Assembly (NCBI GenBank): GCA_023266475.1
Contig: JAHFQA010000003.1
Location: forward strand, 1 to 50,985
Reading direction: 5' to 3'
Origin: Candidatus Woesearchaeota archaeon
GTDB lineage: Archaea; Nanobdellota; Nanobdellia; Woesearchaeales; GW2011-AR4
Length of the DNA: 50,985 nucleotides
The stretch's first letter is position 1. Each line of letters starts with the position of its first letter. The notes under the pieces are model-generated. The model did not search any database, was not told the DNA's origin, and was given only the letters and a program-made list of their open reading frames with translations. A program made the position numbers and the translations under genes. Of the stretch, positions 27,804 through 38,400 are shown in pieces.

Positions 27804-29636
27804 ATGTGCGGAATTGTGGGTGTTGTAAGCAACAAAGATGTCAATCAAAAGCTTCTCAACGGGCTGGCAAATCTTGAATACAGGGGCTATGATTCTGTAG
27901 GAATGTGCTTCATTTACAACAAAAATTTCAGAATTAAAAAAGGAGTTGGCAAGCTTGAAGAAGTGCACAAGAAAGTTAATTTCTTAAAATTTCCTGGAAA
28001 TATTGGAATTGCCCATTGCAGGTGGAGCACTCACGGAGGCGTAACTGAAAAAAACGCACATCCGCATGTTGACTGCACAAACAAGATCAGCGTAGTGCAT
28101 AACGGCATAATAGAAAATTACTCGGAATTAAAAGTCGAGCTTATGAAAAAAGGCCACAAATTTAATTCTGAAACTGATACAGAAGTTATTGCTCATCTCA
28201 TTGAAGAAAACTTAAAGGGCCATAAGATAGAAGATTCTATAAAATTGGCACTAAAAAAAATTGAGGGAAGTTATGCTCTTGGAATTCTTTTTGCTGACGA
28301 GCCTGAAAAATTAATTGCCGCAAGAAATGAAAGCCCATTGATTATAGGAATTGGCGACAATGAAAATTTTATTGCCTCTGATGTGCCTTCCATTTTAGAT
28401 TATACGAAAAAAATAGTTTATCTTGAAGACAGGGAAATGGCTGTCTTGACAAAAGACAAAGTCAGCATATTTGATTTGGACGGAAATCTGAAAAACAAGA
28501 TAATAAATATTATAAAATGGGATGCGGCGGCAGCGCAAAAAAGCGGCTACAGGCATTTTATGCTGAAAGAGATTTATGAGCAGCCAAGGGCAATTGCAGA
28601 TACTTTGAATGAGAGAATAAGGAACAACAATGTTGTTTTTGAAAAGGAGTTCGCATTGACTAATGAATTCTTAAAAAAAATAAAGAGAATTATAATAGTT
28701 GCTTGTGGGACTTCTTGGCATGCGTCATTGGTTGGCGAATTTATGCTTGAGGAACTTGCAAAAATTCCTGTGGAAGTTGAATATGCATCTGAATTTAGGT
28801 ACAGGCATCCAATACTAGACAAAGATACACTTATAATTGCCGTATCACAATCTGGAGAAACTGCTGACACAATCGCTGCCTTAAAGGAAGCCAAGAATTA
28901 TGGAGTCAAAACTTTGTCAATATGCAATGTAATGGGAAGTTCTATAACAAGAATATCTGATGGAGTAATATATACAAGGGCAGGCCCTGAAATAGGTGTT
29001 GCGTCTACCAAGGCATTTACAACTCAATTGGCTGTTATGTATCTGTTTACTATTTTGCTTTCAAAATTAAAAAAGACATTAAATGACAAACAAATAAAGG
29101 ATATGATAGATGGAATAAGAAAGATTCCATTGCAGCTGCAGTCTGTCTTGGATGAAGATGGTGAAATATTGAAATGCGCAGAGCTTTACCACCAGAAATT
29201 AAATTCAATTTATCTTGGAAGGGGCGTGAATTTTCCCATTGCTTTAGAAGGCGCACTTAAACTTAAAGAGGTCAGCTATATACATGCTGAAGGATACCCT
29301 GCAGCCGAGATGAAGCACGGGCCTATAGCATTAATAGACAAAAATATGCCAGTTGTCTTGATTGCGCCTCATGACATCTACACTTACAAAAAGGTGCTGG
29401 GCAATATTGAAGAAGTAAAAGCAAGAGGGGGAATTATAATTGCAATTGCAACAGAAGGCGACAAGGAAATACCGAAAAAGGCAAAGCATACAATTTTTAT
29501 ACCTAAGACTTTATATACATTAAGCTCTATACTTGCTGTTGTGCCTTTGCAGTTGCTAGCTTACCATATTGCAGACAAGCTGGGAAGGGATATAGACAAG
29601 CCTAGATCGCTTGCTAAAACTGTAACGGTGGAGTAA
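27804..29636 (+). CDS. glmS: Glutamine--fructose-6-phosphate aminotransferase
   Basis: MCGIVG N-terminal nucleophile, two SIS domains (VSQSGETADT), C-terminal KPRSLAKTVTVE. Confidence 0.96.
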   Translation: MCGIVGVVSNKDVNQKLLNGLANLEYRGYDSVGMCFIYNKNFRIKKGVGKLEEVHKKVNFLKFPGNIGIAHCRWSTHGGVTEKNAHPHVDCTNKISVVHNGIIENYSELKVELMKKGHKFNSETDTEVIAHLIEENLKGHKIEDSIKLALKKIEGSYALGILFADEPEKLIAARNESPLIIGIGDNENFIASDVPSILDYTKKIVYLEDREMAVLTKDKVSIFDLDGNLKNKIINIIKWDAAAAQKSGYRHFMLKEIYEQPRAIADTLNERIRNNNVVFEKEFALTNEFLKKIKRIIIVACGTSWHASLVGEFMLEELAKIPVEVEYASEFRYRHPILDKDTLIIAVSQSGETADTIAALKEAKNYGVKTLSICNVMGSSITRISDGVIYTRAGPEIGVASTKAFTTQLAVMYLFTILLSKLKKTLNDKQIKDMIDGIRKIPLQLQSVLDEDGEILKCAELYHQKLNSIYLGRGVNFPIALEGALKLKEVSYIHAEGYPAAEMKHGPIALIDKNMPVVLIAPHDIYTYKKVLGNIEEVKARGGIIIAIATEGDKEIPKKAKHTIFIPKTLYTLSSILAVVPLQLLAYHIADKLGRDIDKPRSLAKTVTVE

Positions 29637-29693
29637 ACTTATTATTGAAATAAAAAAGGATTTTTAAGTGAATGTATCAGGTTTTAACCAAAA

Positions 29694-30149
29694 ATGGAAG
29701 ATCGATCCCATCCGAAAATATTGCCTCCGCATGTGGCGATCATATCCTTAATTATAATTATTTTTCTTCATTATTTGATGCCAACTCCTTTAATACAAGG
29801 ACCATATAATTATTTTGGAATTTTATTTTTTGCTGCCGGACTTTTATTTTTATTCTTATCATTTGGGATATTCAAGAGAAAGGAAACTCCGATTTTGCCT
29901 GGACAGAAACCTACTGCTTTAGTCATAGAAGGACCTTACAAATTCACCAGAAATCCTATGTACCTTGGAGTTACAACAGCACTCTTAGGAGTTGCGATTT
30001 TCCTAGGAGACATCCTTGCATTTTTAGCTCCAATTATTTTCTTTATTTTTGTTAGCATAAGATTTATTCCAAGAGAAGAAAAACTAATGGAAAGCTTGTT
30101 TGGTAAGAAATACTTGGATTACAAGAAAAAAGTGCGAAGATGGATTTAA
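29694..30149 (+). CDS. Isoprenylcysteine carboxyl / phospholipid methyltransferase family membrane protein
   Basis: Polytopic, with GPYKFTRNPMYLG and EEKLMESLFGKKYLDYKKKV motifs. Confidence 0.75.
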   Translation: MEDRSHPKILPPHVAIISLIIIIFLHYLMPTPLIQGPYNYFGILFFAAGLLFLFLSFGIFKRKETPILPGQKPTALVIEGPYKFTRNPMYLGVTTALLGVAIFLGDILAFLAPIIFFIFVSIRFIPREEKLMESLFGKKYLDYKKKVRRWI

Positions 30150-30297
30150 ATTTTTGAATTTAGTTATTTTTTTATAAGAATTTTTATAGATATTATTGAA
30201 TGGCGCATATTGTCCAGCGCAAGTAGGGCTAAATTAGATATTATGATTGAAATTCCATTATCGATTGAACAATAACCAATACAATAAAAAAACTGAA

Positions 30298-30765
30298 ATG
30301 AAAATACGCACAGCGACTTTAAAAGACGCAAAGGGAATTGCTAATGTTCTTGTCCAAAGCTATAATATCAAAGACTTGAAAGAAGGCATTGAAGTTTTCA
30401 ATAACGAAATTAAAAAAAATCATAATTGCATAGTTGCTGAAGAAAACGGAAAAATAATCGGCATGGTTACATGGCTGATGCATGGATTGCCAAAACACCA
30501 ATTAGCAGAGCTTGACAGGATAGCTGTCCTGCCTGAATATCGTGGAAAAGGCGTAGCCCACAAATTGTTTGATTCATTAATAAAAGATGCAAAATCTTTT
30601 TACAAAAAAAATAAATCAAAGCTGAGAAAATTATATTTATTGACGCATGCTGACAACATAAGGGCGCATAAATTCTATGAAAAGCTTGGATTCAAGCATG
30701 AAACAACTCTTAAAGAGCATTATTATAAAGGAAAAGATGAGTATGTATGTAGTATGTTTTTTTGA
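30298..30765 (+). CDS. GNAT family N-acetyltransferase
   Basis: Acetyl-CoA motif RIAVLPEYRGKGVAHKLF. Track ORF begins at 30247; the ATG at 30298 (MKIRTATLKD) fits GNAT N-termini. Confidence 0.85.
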   Translation: MKIRTATLKDAKGIANVLVQSYNIKDLKEGIEVFNNEIKKNHNCIVAEENGKIIGMVTWLMHGLPKHQLAELDRIAVLPEYRGKGVAHKLFDSLIKDAKSFYKKNKSKLRKLYLLTHADNIRAHKFYEKLGFKHETTLKEHYYKGKDEYVCSMFF

Positions 30766-30778
30766 GTGATAGGTTTTG

Positions 30779-31015
30779 TTATCCTAAGTTATTCTTCCAC
30801 TTTCTTACTAAAAAATAGAAGAAAATAGCAATTCCAAAAAATGTAATTAAACTAATATTTCCACTTAAGATTAAATTCCTTTCATTTTTCTCACGCCACC
30901 ATATGTAATTAGCCGCATAACCTCCAAAAAATCCAAATAGCCCAAAAATTAAACTTAATAGTATAGTTAATCCCCGTTCTCTTTTACATTCTTTTTCTTT
31001 TTTTGATATTTTCAT
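30779..31015 (-). CDS. Small two-TM membrane protein
   Basis: 78-aa ORF with two hydrophobic helices. No family recognised. Confidence 0.45.
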   Translation of the reverse strand: MKISKKEKECKRERGLTILLSLIFGLFGFFGGYAANYIWWREKNERNLILSGNISLITFFGIAIFFYFLVRKWKNNLG

Positions 31016-31099
31016 TTCTATTGTATTCCTGACTTCAGCTACCTAAAAGTCGAAACATTTTTATACTTAAAATTTAGTTAATGTTTTTGTGATTATTAC

Positions 31100-32125
31100 A
31101 TGAAAAAAGAGGTTCTATTTATAACTTTATTATTTGTGATTATTATTTCTGTTGCTTGTAATAATATAGACCTTTCTAAATTAAGTGATAAAGATTTACA
31201 GCGAGTATCAAAAGAATTAATTGTATGCAACCCGCCTTATATCAGACATGCTTCTAATTGTTGTTTAGATAAAAATGGTAATGCAATTTGTGATAATGAT
31301 GAAAAAGTAAGTGAAACACCTTCAGGGATAAATGCTCCAGTCAAAGAAACACCAGCACAACCTACCCATCCTGAAACTCCAATTGGAAATGAAAAATATA
31401 AATGTAAGAAAAATATTTTATCAGGTTATCCACCATTAGACGAAAATACCAAAAATGAATTAACAAAATGTGCAGGTAATGAACTTTGTTATAAAAGTTT
31501 AATTTCAAAAGGGGCTGTTATAAGTGGTGATAAATTAATACTTCCAGAAAATGCAAATATGAGAATGTGCGAATTAGTTGAGGAACATGATGCATATTAT
31601 GTTTGTTATAGAACTTTTGCTTATGCAAAACAAGACCCATGTATATGTGGATTAGCTGATAACAAAAAATTTAATGATTTATTCCAAGAGGCTTGCTATT
31701 CTGAAGTCGGAAAGGTAATGAATGATGAAAATATATGTAATATGATTACCAATGATAACCCAGAAGCACTTTTTTACAAATCTAAATGTTTAGAAGCAGT
31801 TGGAGTGTCTAAACAGGATGTAAATATATGTGAAACAATACCTTCAGCACAAGGTTATTCTGATAGGAGTTCTTGTTATTTCCAAATAGCTATGATTAAA
31901 CAAGACCCCACAATCTGCCAAAAAGAGTATGCCGATACTTGTTATGGAGAGTTGGGGATAAGAAATAAAGATTTAGAGATGTGTAACAAAGTTGTCAATG
32001 ATATCATATTGAAGGGGCGTTGTTTATATGAAGTGGCAAAAGCTAAACAAGATTCTTCATTATGTAGCCAAATAGTCTATGGTGGTTGGAGAAATCAATG
32101 CAACAAAGATTTCGGTTTAGCTTAG
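31100..32125 (+). CDS. Secreted Cys-rich repeat protein (lipoprotein-like N-terminus)
   Basis: Signal helix ending ...IISVAC, a Pro/Thr linker, then six to seven repeats of C-[YL]-x8-[KN]-[QD]-[DE]-x3-C. Confidence 0.7.
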   Translation: MKKEVLFITLLFVIIISVACNNIDLSKLSDKDLQRVSKELIVCNPPYIRHASNCCLDKNGNAICDNDEKVSETPSGINAPVKETPAQPTHPETPIGNEKYKCKKNILSGYPPLDENTKNELTKCAGNELCYKSLISKGAVISGDKLILPENANMRMCELVEEHDAYYVCYRTFAYAKQDPCICGLADNKKFNDLFQEACYSEVGKVMNDENICNMITNDNPEALFYKSKCLEAVGVSKQDVNICETIPSAQGYSDRSSCYFQIAMIKQDPTICQKEYADTCYGELGIRNKDLEMCNKVVNDIILKGRCLYEVAKAKQDSSLCSQIVYGGWRNQCNKDFGLA

Positions 32126-32175
32126 TAATTTAAATATTATAAAAATTTCTTTCAACAAATATATTTTGCCTATTA

Positions 32176-32817
32176 TCAAAACAATCCCAGCAAATTGAGA
32201 AACTGCTCTTTTGATTCGCATTTGAAATAAGGATTATTTTTCTTTTCATTCCCGATTGTTGAGAATGGAATTTCCCCATAATTATGCCCCGGATAGATTT
32301 CAATATGGTCATCTAATTTTTTCAGCTTCTGCAAACTTTCAAACAATTTTATTGAATCGCCGCCAGCCAAATCTGTTCTTCCGATTGCATTAACAAACAA
32401 AGTGTCTCCTGTTAACAACTTTTTTTCAACAATAAGGCAGATTGCGCCAGGAGTATGGCCAGGGGTATGTATAATTTTTATTTTTATGTTTCCAATTTTT
32501 ATTTCATCATTGTTTTTTAGTGTGGCTGCTTTTATTGAATCAGTGTTAATAGTCTTTTTAATCTCATCAAAATCCAATTCATGGCAATACACAGTTGAAT
32601 TTGTCGCTTCGGCCAGCTTATTAGTTTTCTGGATATGGTCAAAATGAGAATGAGTCAAGATTATTTTTTTTATTTTCAGGTTTTCTTTATTTGAAATTTC
32701 TATTAATTTATCAACTTCCCATCCTGCATCGACAACAGCAGCTTCTTTTGTGTTTTCGTCTCCTATTAAATATACAAAATTCTGCATCGGGCCGACTGGA
32801 ATTTGATGGAATATCAT
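32176..32817 (-). CDS. MBL-fold metallo-hydrolase (glyoxalase II-like)
   Basis: THSHFDH metal motif, HTPGHTPG, and GDTLF. Confidence 0.88.
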   Translation of the reverse strand: MIFHQIPVGPMQNFVYLIGDENTKEAAVVDAGWEVDKLIEISNKENLKIKKIILTHSHFDHIQKTNKLAEATNSTVYCHELDFDEIKKTINTDSIKAATLKNNDEIKIGNIKIKIIHTPGHTPGAICLIVEKKLLTGDTLFVNAIGRTDLAGGDSIKLFESLQKLKKLDDHIEIYPGHNYGEIPFSTIGNEKKNNPYFKCESKEQFLNLLGLF

Positions 32818-33179
32818 TTTACAAATTCTACATTTGCCAAATTCTCAAATTGTCCGTCACCTGTAAGAAATTTAAAGTTATGCTTCAATGATAATGTATA
32901 GCCGACACAGTCCGTTAATGATAAATCTATTTTTTTATTTATATGCCTAAAGTAAATTGCCCCTACAATAATTTCTGGAGTTATCTCCAAAAGCTTAAAA
33001 TTAGAATTGTCAAACCATTCATCCGCTGATATTTTTCCATCCTTCCTCAATATGAGCTGGTATATTTCCCCTATATTCAAAACACTGGTTACAATTTCAA
33101 ATTCTTGAAATCCTTTATAAGAAGGGTTAATTCCATTATCCATTTCTATGATGGCGTAAGAATCAAAAAAATATGTCAT
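32814..33179 (-). CDS. vapC: PIN-domain toxin VapC
   Basis: PIN acidic residues in context (YFFDSYAIIE, LTDCVGY, LTGDGQF). The ATG at 33179 lies 7 nt after the antitoxin stop. The track ORF extension to 33215 overlaps vapB. Confidence 0.8.
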   Translation of the reverse strand: MTYFFDSYAIIEMDNGINPSYKGFQEFEIVTSVLNIGEIYQLILRKDGKISADEWFDNSNFKLLEITPEIIVGAIYFRHINKKIDLSLTDCVGYTLSLKHNFKFLTGDGQFENLANVEFVK

Positions 33180-33186
33180 TTTTATA

Positions 33187-33414
33187 TTAAAAACCCACAT
33201 TAAATTCTTTGTCAATTTCCCTCATTAGCTTCTCAGTAGGCTCTTTAAATTTAAAAGTACCCCAAATATCTTTCCCTTTGGTTATAGGTTTTGTGCTTAT
33301 CATTAATATAATTTCTTGATTCGGCTTTATATTTTCTTCTTTAACTACTTCTTTGGGTATCAATACGCCTATGGAATTTCCCCATTTCTTTGTTTTGACT
33401 TTTATTTCCATCAT
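33187..33414 (-). CDS. vapB: AbrB/SpoVT-fold antitoxin VapB
   Basis: KKWGNSIGVLIPKEVV looped-hinge-helix signature. Immediately upstream of the PIN gene. Confidence 0.8.
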   Translation of the reverse strand: MMEIKVKTKKWGNSIGVLIPKEVVKEENIKPNQEIILMISTKPITKGKDIWGTFKFKEPTEKLMREIDKEFNVGF

Positions 33415-33418
33415 AATA

Positions 33419-33436
33419 AGTTATACATGTATAACT
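33419..33436. promoter_or_regulatory. Perfect 18-bp palindrome AGTTATACATGTATAACT just upstream of vapB (candidate operator)
   Basis: Self-complementary over all 18 nt. 5 nt upstream of the vapB ATG, with a TTTTTATA-like box on the coding strand just beyond it. Confidence 0.5.
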
Positions 33437-33454
33437 AGTATAAAAATGTTTCTT

Positions 33455-34198
33455 CTATGCAACTTTCCTTGCAAAGCTCAAAAATCCTGAATGCCCAATG
33501 CCTTTTGACTTTGGCCTTACTTTTCTTTCTTCGACTTCCCACTCCCTTTCAATTAACTCAATCGTCTTGATATAAACATAATTTTCATTATTCCTCAAAG
33601 CATTTACAAAATCAGCGACTTGTGGAATTGAAGGGCTGTAAGACACCAAAAAACCGCCTGAGTTCAGCGCCCTTGCACAATTATCTAAAGCCTTCCAAGG
33701 CTCAGGGACATCAAGAGTTACTACATCAATACTTCTTTCATCAATTTCTTCGTAAATGTTCTTATTTTTTATTTTAATGTTTTTCAATCCTAAAAATTCA
33801 ATATTTGACTTGACAATCTCAATAAAATCTTCCCTTATTTCATAAGTAACGACTTCTTTTGCTAAACTTGCCAGGAAACAGGACAATGCTCCTGAGCCAG
33901 AGCCAGCATCAAGAATCTTGCTTTCCTTGTTAATGCCAGTTTCAGCTATAATCAATCCAATGTCCTTTAAAGGAATTATCTGTGCGTCTCTTTTTATCTT
34001 TTTGTACACATCAATAAAAGCTGGGCTGAATATATAGAATTCCTTGTTGGTATTTGACTTAATCAAGTCGCCTTCATTTGCTTTTTTGAGATCGTCTTTT
34101 TTTATATAGCCGTATTGCGTATGCAAATCCTGATTGAGATCCTTTGCATAGAACTTTCTGCCCTGCTTTGTAATAAGAACTCTTTGGATATTTGTCAT
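33455..34198 (-). CDS. trmI: tRNA (adenine-N1)-methyltransferase TrmI/Gcd14 family
   Basis: N-terminal beta domain plus SAM motif ILDAGSGSGALS and VTLDVPEPW. Confidence 0.85.
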   Translation of the reverse strand: MTNIQRVLITKQGRKFYAKDLNQDLHTQYGYIKKDDLKKANEGDLIKSNTNKEFYIFSPAFIDVYKKIKRDAQIIPLKDIGLIIAETGINKESKILDAGSGSGALSCFLASLAKEVVTYEIREDFIEIVKSNIEFLGLKNIKIKNKNIYEEIDERSIDVVTLDVPEPWKALDNCARALNSGGFLVSYSPSIPQVADFVNALRNNENYVYIKTIELIEREWEVEERKVRPKSKGIGHSGFLSFARKVA

Positions 34199-34252
34199 AA
34201 TAAAAAAGAAAGAAAGAAAGAATCTATAAAAATTTAATCAAAAAAAGCAAGT

Positions 34253-34480
34253 TTACTTCCTGCCTTTTTTCATTTCGCTTCCTTGGCAGTGGCTGCATGC
34301 AGGCATTGCCAGCTTCATTACGCCTTTGAGTATTAACAATACCCCTAGTACGTGCCAAATATACATTGACCAGTACATAGCCGTCAATAGCACCACAATT
34401 CCTACTACTATAAATTTACCTCCCCAACATTTTGCACACATACCATCATGACACATTGCATCCATGTTTAACACCTCCAA
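34253..34480 (-). CDS. Small Cys-rich two-TM membrane protein
   Basis: 75 aa. CHDGMCAKC at the N-terminus and CSHC at the C-terminus flank two TM helices. Confidence 0.5.
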   Translation of the reverse strand: MEVLNMDAMCHDGMCAKCWGGKFIVVGIVVLLTAMYWSMYIWHVLGVLLILKGVMKLAMPACSHCQGSEMKKGRK

Positions 34481-34760
34481 GTGTTGAATTGTATTACATT
34501 AAATTAGGAGTATTTAAACTTTGCTATTTTAAGCAGTAAATCAAAAACAAAAGATTTAAAAATAGTAAATATTAGTTCTTAATAAAAGTACTACTAACTG
34601 TTAAATTTAAATATTGATTATTAAAATTCAATTATTTAATTATAAAAAAAGATTTATAAATTGAATAAAAAAACTATTCAATTATAAATAAATAATATTT
34701 AACTATAAAAAAAGATTAATCAATAATAAAAAATAAGTGACTATTTATAAAAAATAGACA

Positions 34761-35282
34761 ATGCTATCATTATCTGACAACGAATTTAGTGTAATTAGCT
34801 TTCTTGTTAGAAATTTCACTGAAAGGCTTACAATACGCAATATTGCTCAACGACTGGGCTTTAGTTCAGCAGGAGTCTTTAATATTCTGAAAAAACTGGA
34901 AAAACAGAATATTGTAATTGGCCAAAAGCTTGGAACTGGGTTGTTCTACCAAATCAATTTTGACAGCAAGATTGCAGAGCATTTGGCTGGAATTGTGCTC
35001 CTTTACTCTGATGAAAAACTTGACAAGATTGAAAATGGGCAGATTAAGCACGCAAAGGCAGCTATTCTTGACAAAAAAAATTTGCTTTTGCTAGTAGACA
35101 ATGTTACGATCCCTGAAATTTCAATTCCGAACATAAATATTATTGCAAAAACAGAAGATGAGCTAGTTGGATTGTTTAGAAAACGAGATCCTGACACGCT
35201 TCAACTACTAAAGAAGGGCGTAGTCTTGTTTGGCGAAGATAAGATTGTTGAGATTATAAAAAATTGCAGTTCAAGGTTTTAG
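34761..35282 (+). CDS. wHTH protein with degenerate minimal-nucleotidyltransferase-like C-terminal domain
   Basis: wHTH (LTIRNIAQRLGFSSAGVFNILKKLEKQNIV). The C-terminus resembles MNT proteins (AAILDKKNLLLLVD, LLKKGVVLFGEDKI) but lacks the GS...DxD catalytic motif. Confidence 0.6.
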   Translation: MLSLSDNEFSVISFLVRNFTERLTIRNIAQRLGFSSAGVFNILKKLEKQNIVIGQKLGTGLFYQINFDSKIAEHLAGIVLLYSDEKLDKIENGQIKHAKAAILDKKNLLLLVDNVTIPEISIPNINIIAKTEDELVGLFRKRDPDTLQLLKKGVVLFGEDKIVEIIKNCSSRF

Positions 35283-35435
35283 AATGAAAATAACAAAAAT
35301 AATCTTGCCTAACTCCTTAGCTACAGATTCAAGCTCATTGGGAATCTCAACTCTTAGTTTAGCCATATCATCACCTTCATATGAAAATATACTAGAATTG
35401 GCTGTATGATTATTTAAAACTTTCGCTGAAACAAA

Positions 35436-38400
35436 ATGAAAATACTAAATAAAAAGTTGACAAGTAGTTTAATTTTGATATTCATATTACTTTCAACTGT
35501 CATTTATGCCAGGCCGGTAACAGACATATTCTCAGGCGGCTTAATTCAAATTAATAATTTTTTTGAGAATGAAGGCTATGCTCCATATGCAAAAGCTATT
35601 GACTTTTTCTTCTTTTCAATTCTGTTTATAGCAATCTATATGATGGGCGCAAGGTATGCCTTTAAGGAAATCAAAAGGCCTGAGCAAGTTATTGTGATCT
35701 TGCTTGGGCTGATGACAGCTTTCCTGCTTGTTCTAGCTGATATTTCAGCTGTAATATTGCTGCCGTATATTCAGTGGCTTCTTTATACGTTGCTGTTTAT
35801 CCTGTATTGGTGGCTGTTGAAAGGCATCCAGAATAAATTCTGGCGATTTGTTTTGGCGTTGCTTTTGACAATATTGACAATTGCTTTGATTCAAGGGTTG
35901 TTTAATACATTAACAGCGCCTCAAGCTCCTGAGTTAGGTGTTCCATCATTTGGATTAGGAGGAATTGGCGGCTTTTTCAAGGATTTGTTTGGAAGCTTTA
36001 AAGGAATTGACTTAGGCGGAGTTTCAGCGCCTGGCGTGCCTCCCTGGATGAAGGATTTGTTTGGATTGCCTTCTGTTACAACACCAACTGGACCAACTCC
36101 GTTGCCAGGTATAACAACACCCGGAGGAGGAGCTGGCGGTGGTGCTGGAGGAGGTGGTGGTATAGGGGGAACTCCTTGGTACAAAAATCAATGGACATAT
36201 CTTATTCCATTGGCAATTCTGCTGTTAGCTCTTGCAATTTGGGGAGGGGCTAAATTAAGAAAAAAAGGTGAGGGGAAGAAAGAGGAGGAAGGAAAAGAAG
36301 CAGGAAAACAACAAACAACAGAATCTATTGAGATTCAGAAAATAATACAAGAAATAGACGTATATTTGAAACTAAAGTATGAAATTCTTAAAAAAATTTA
36401 TATAATATACAAAAGAAAAAATCTGCTGAATCCTGACCCAACAGAATATTATTCACTTGATAAATATCATAAAAAAATTAAAGAACTTTTGGATAAAGAT
36501 GCATCTTATTTGCTCGACCCAGATACACATACCGGCCAAGATCTTTTTGAGGAAGGCAATAAGGTACACGAGCTGATAAAAACAGAAATTGGACTTGGAA
36601 AAGCCCTTGTTGAACTGCTCAGCATGGAGTATAAGCTAAGCGGCTTTAAAGATAAAAAAGGAGATATCCAAAAATGGGCAGAATCAACCATAAAAGAATT
36701 TGTCAAGTCTAAAGAAGAGTTTGATAGCAAAACTGATGAGTATAAGCAATACCATAACCAGCTTATGGCTTATTTTAACAAATTGGTAAAAATTTCTGAT
36801 AACGCAAAATCAAATATACATGATTATTTTGAAATTACAAAAAAGCATATTGAAAAAGAACAGGAGTTAGAGAAATTACTTGATCCAAAGAAACTTGAGG
36901 AATTGGTAAAAACGGCAAGGGTCAAGCAATGGCTTGAATTGGTTGAAATCAAAACCGTGGAATCACGTAATTTTTCCGGGATATCCAAATTTGTCAAAGA
37001 TGAAAGGGATTTCTTGAAGAAGTATTTATTTCCTGCAATAAATCAGGAAAGAGGCTACCTCAGGTATATCAAAAGGCTAATAGAATTATTAGCCTCTAAA
37101 ATGGAAATTAAGGTGATTGTACAGGACTTGAAGGTTTATGAGAAAGGGATATTGGAAGGGGAGGAAAAATGGTCAGATATAACAGAATCAAGACTAAAAC
37201 CCGGAATCAAGTATGGAACTGAGATTAAAGTTGCAACGCGTGTATTCAGGGGTCCTGAATCTGGAGAATTAAATCCCAGATTCATCGCCCAATGTTATGT
37301 TTACAAATATGCTTCTGACAAAACTGAAAGTGAAATTCATCCTGGCGGAAGACCTAAGCCACCTTGGATTCCAATAAAGAAAACTAAAAATATGTCTAGC
37401 ATAGAGTTTAGAAATTTGATAGAAAAATACAAACAAACAGAAGAGTACAAAAAGAAGCTAGAAGAATATGAAGATGCAATTAACCAACGCAACATTCAAT
37501 TACTTCTACACACAAAACCTGTACAAAAAACTATAGAAGAAGTGCTAGAATTTGAATCTACCAAGGATTTTGGCACATTAGAGCCTGGAAAATATAAAAT
37601 AGTTGTATATGTCAAATCTATTTTGAAGGAGCAAGAACTTGCGATGAAGGAAGACTTGGCCCTTCAGAATAAAGATAATCCTAACTATGTTAATCTAGAT
37701 TACCCGAATGCTTTAACTAGATACGGATGGGATACAAAGCATGTAGATATTTTTATACAAAGCCTGCCTGAAACAAAAATAGAAGTTGAGATAGAGCCAA
37801 AAGAAGTCAGAAAGAAAATTAAAAATGAAGAAGGGATTGATGAAGGAACTGATTTCAAAATTACTGTTACAGCTATTGAAGGAAAGCCGCCATTTACAGT
37901 CTATTATGATATTCTAAAAGATCCTATCATTGGAGCTGAAAATCCGCCTATTTTTGTTTTGGAGCGGCCGATTCATGTTGATCTTAAAGATCCTTATATC
38001 TTTACTCAAAGGATAATAATCAGCAATCTGGATGATAGGTATTTGAATAAAGACAAAAATTACTTAATCCATGGAAAATACCTTATTCGAATTTATGTAA
38101 CGGGCTCTTCTGGAATTGAAAGATTGGACAAAAAAGATGAAACAATTAAGATAATAGTAAAAGAGCCCCCTAAGACGGAAATAAGCGATTTAATTATAAG
38201 CAAGCATGTCCCCAAGAGAGTAATAGACATTAGACTCGGAAATATAGGCGAAAATTTTAAGTGGAAAGATATAACAAATACTGCTTTAAATCCTGGAATT
38301 AAATATAGAACACCAATAAAAATTTCAACGAAAATACTGAAAGGAATTTCAACATTAACAGCTTCTTGCGAGATATTCATAAAGAGGAGGCCTGGTGATA

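Noticed and set aside
34205-34222. (AAAG)4 microsatellite upstream of trmI.
   Set aside because: It is a very short simple repeat with no evident function.
34626-34719. Direct repeat of ATTCAATTAT...TATAAAAAAAGATT(T/A)A in the 280-bp AT-rich spacer upstream of the wHTH gene.
   Set aside because: The sequence is almost pure A/T, so partial repeats are expected by chance. It is possibly promoter DNA, but the evidence is not convincing.
35284-35409. Two mutually antisense mini-ORFs between the wHTH gene and the giant gene. The plus-strand one has 41 codons (MKITKIILPNS...). The minus-strand one starts at 35366 and reads MAKLRVEIPNELESVAKELGKI..., which looks like the beginning of a ribbon-helix-helix antitoxin.
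   Set aside because: Both are too short and the minus-strand one runs into the neighbouring gene. At best it is a decayed antitoxin fragment, and it cannot be supported without homology searches.
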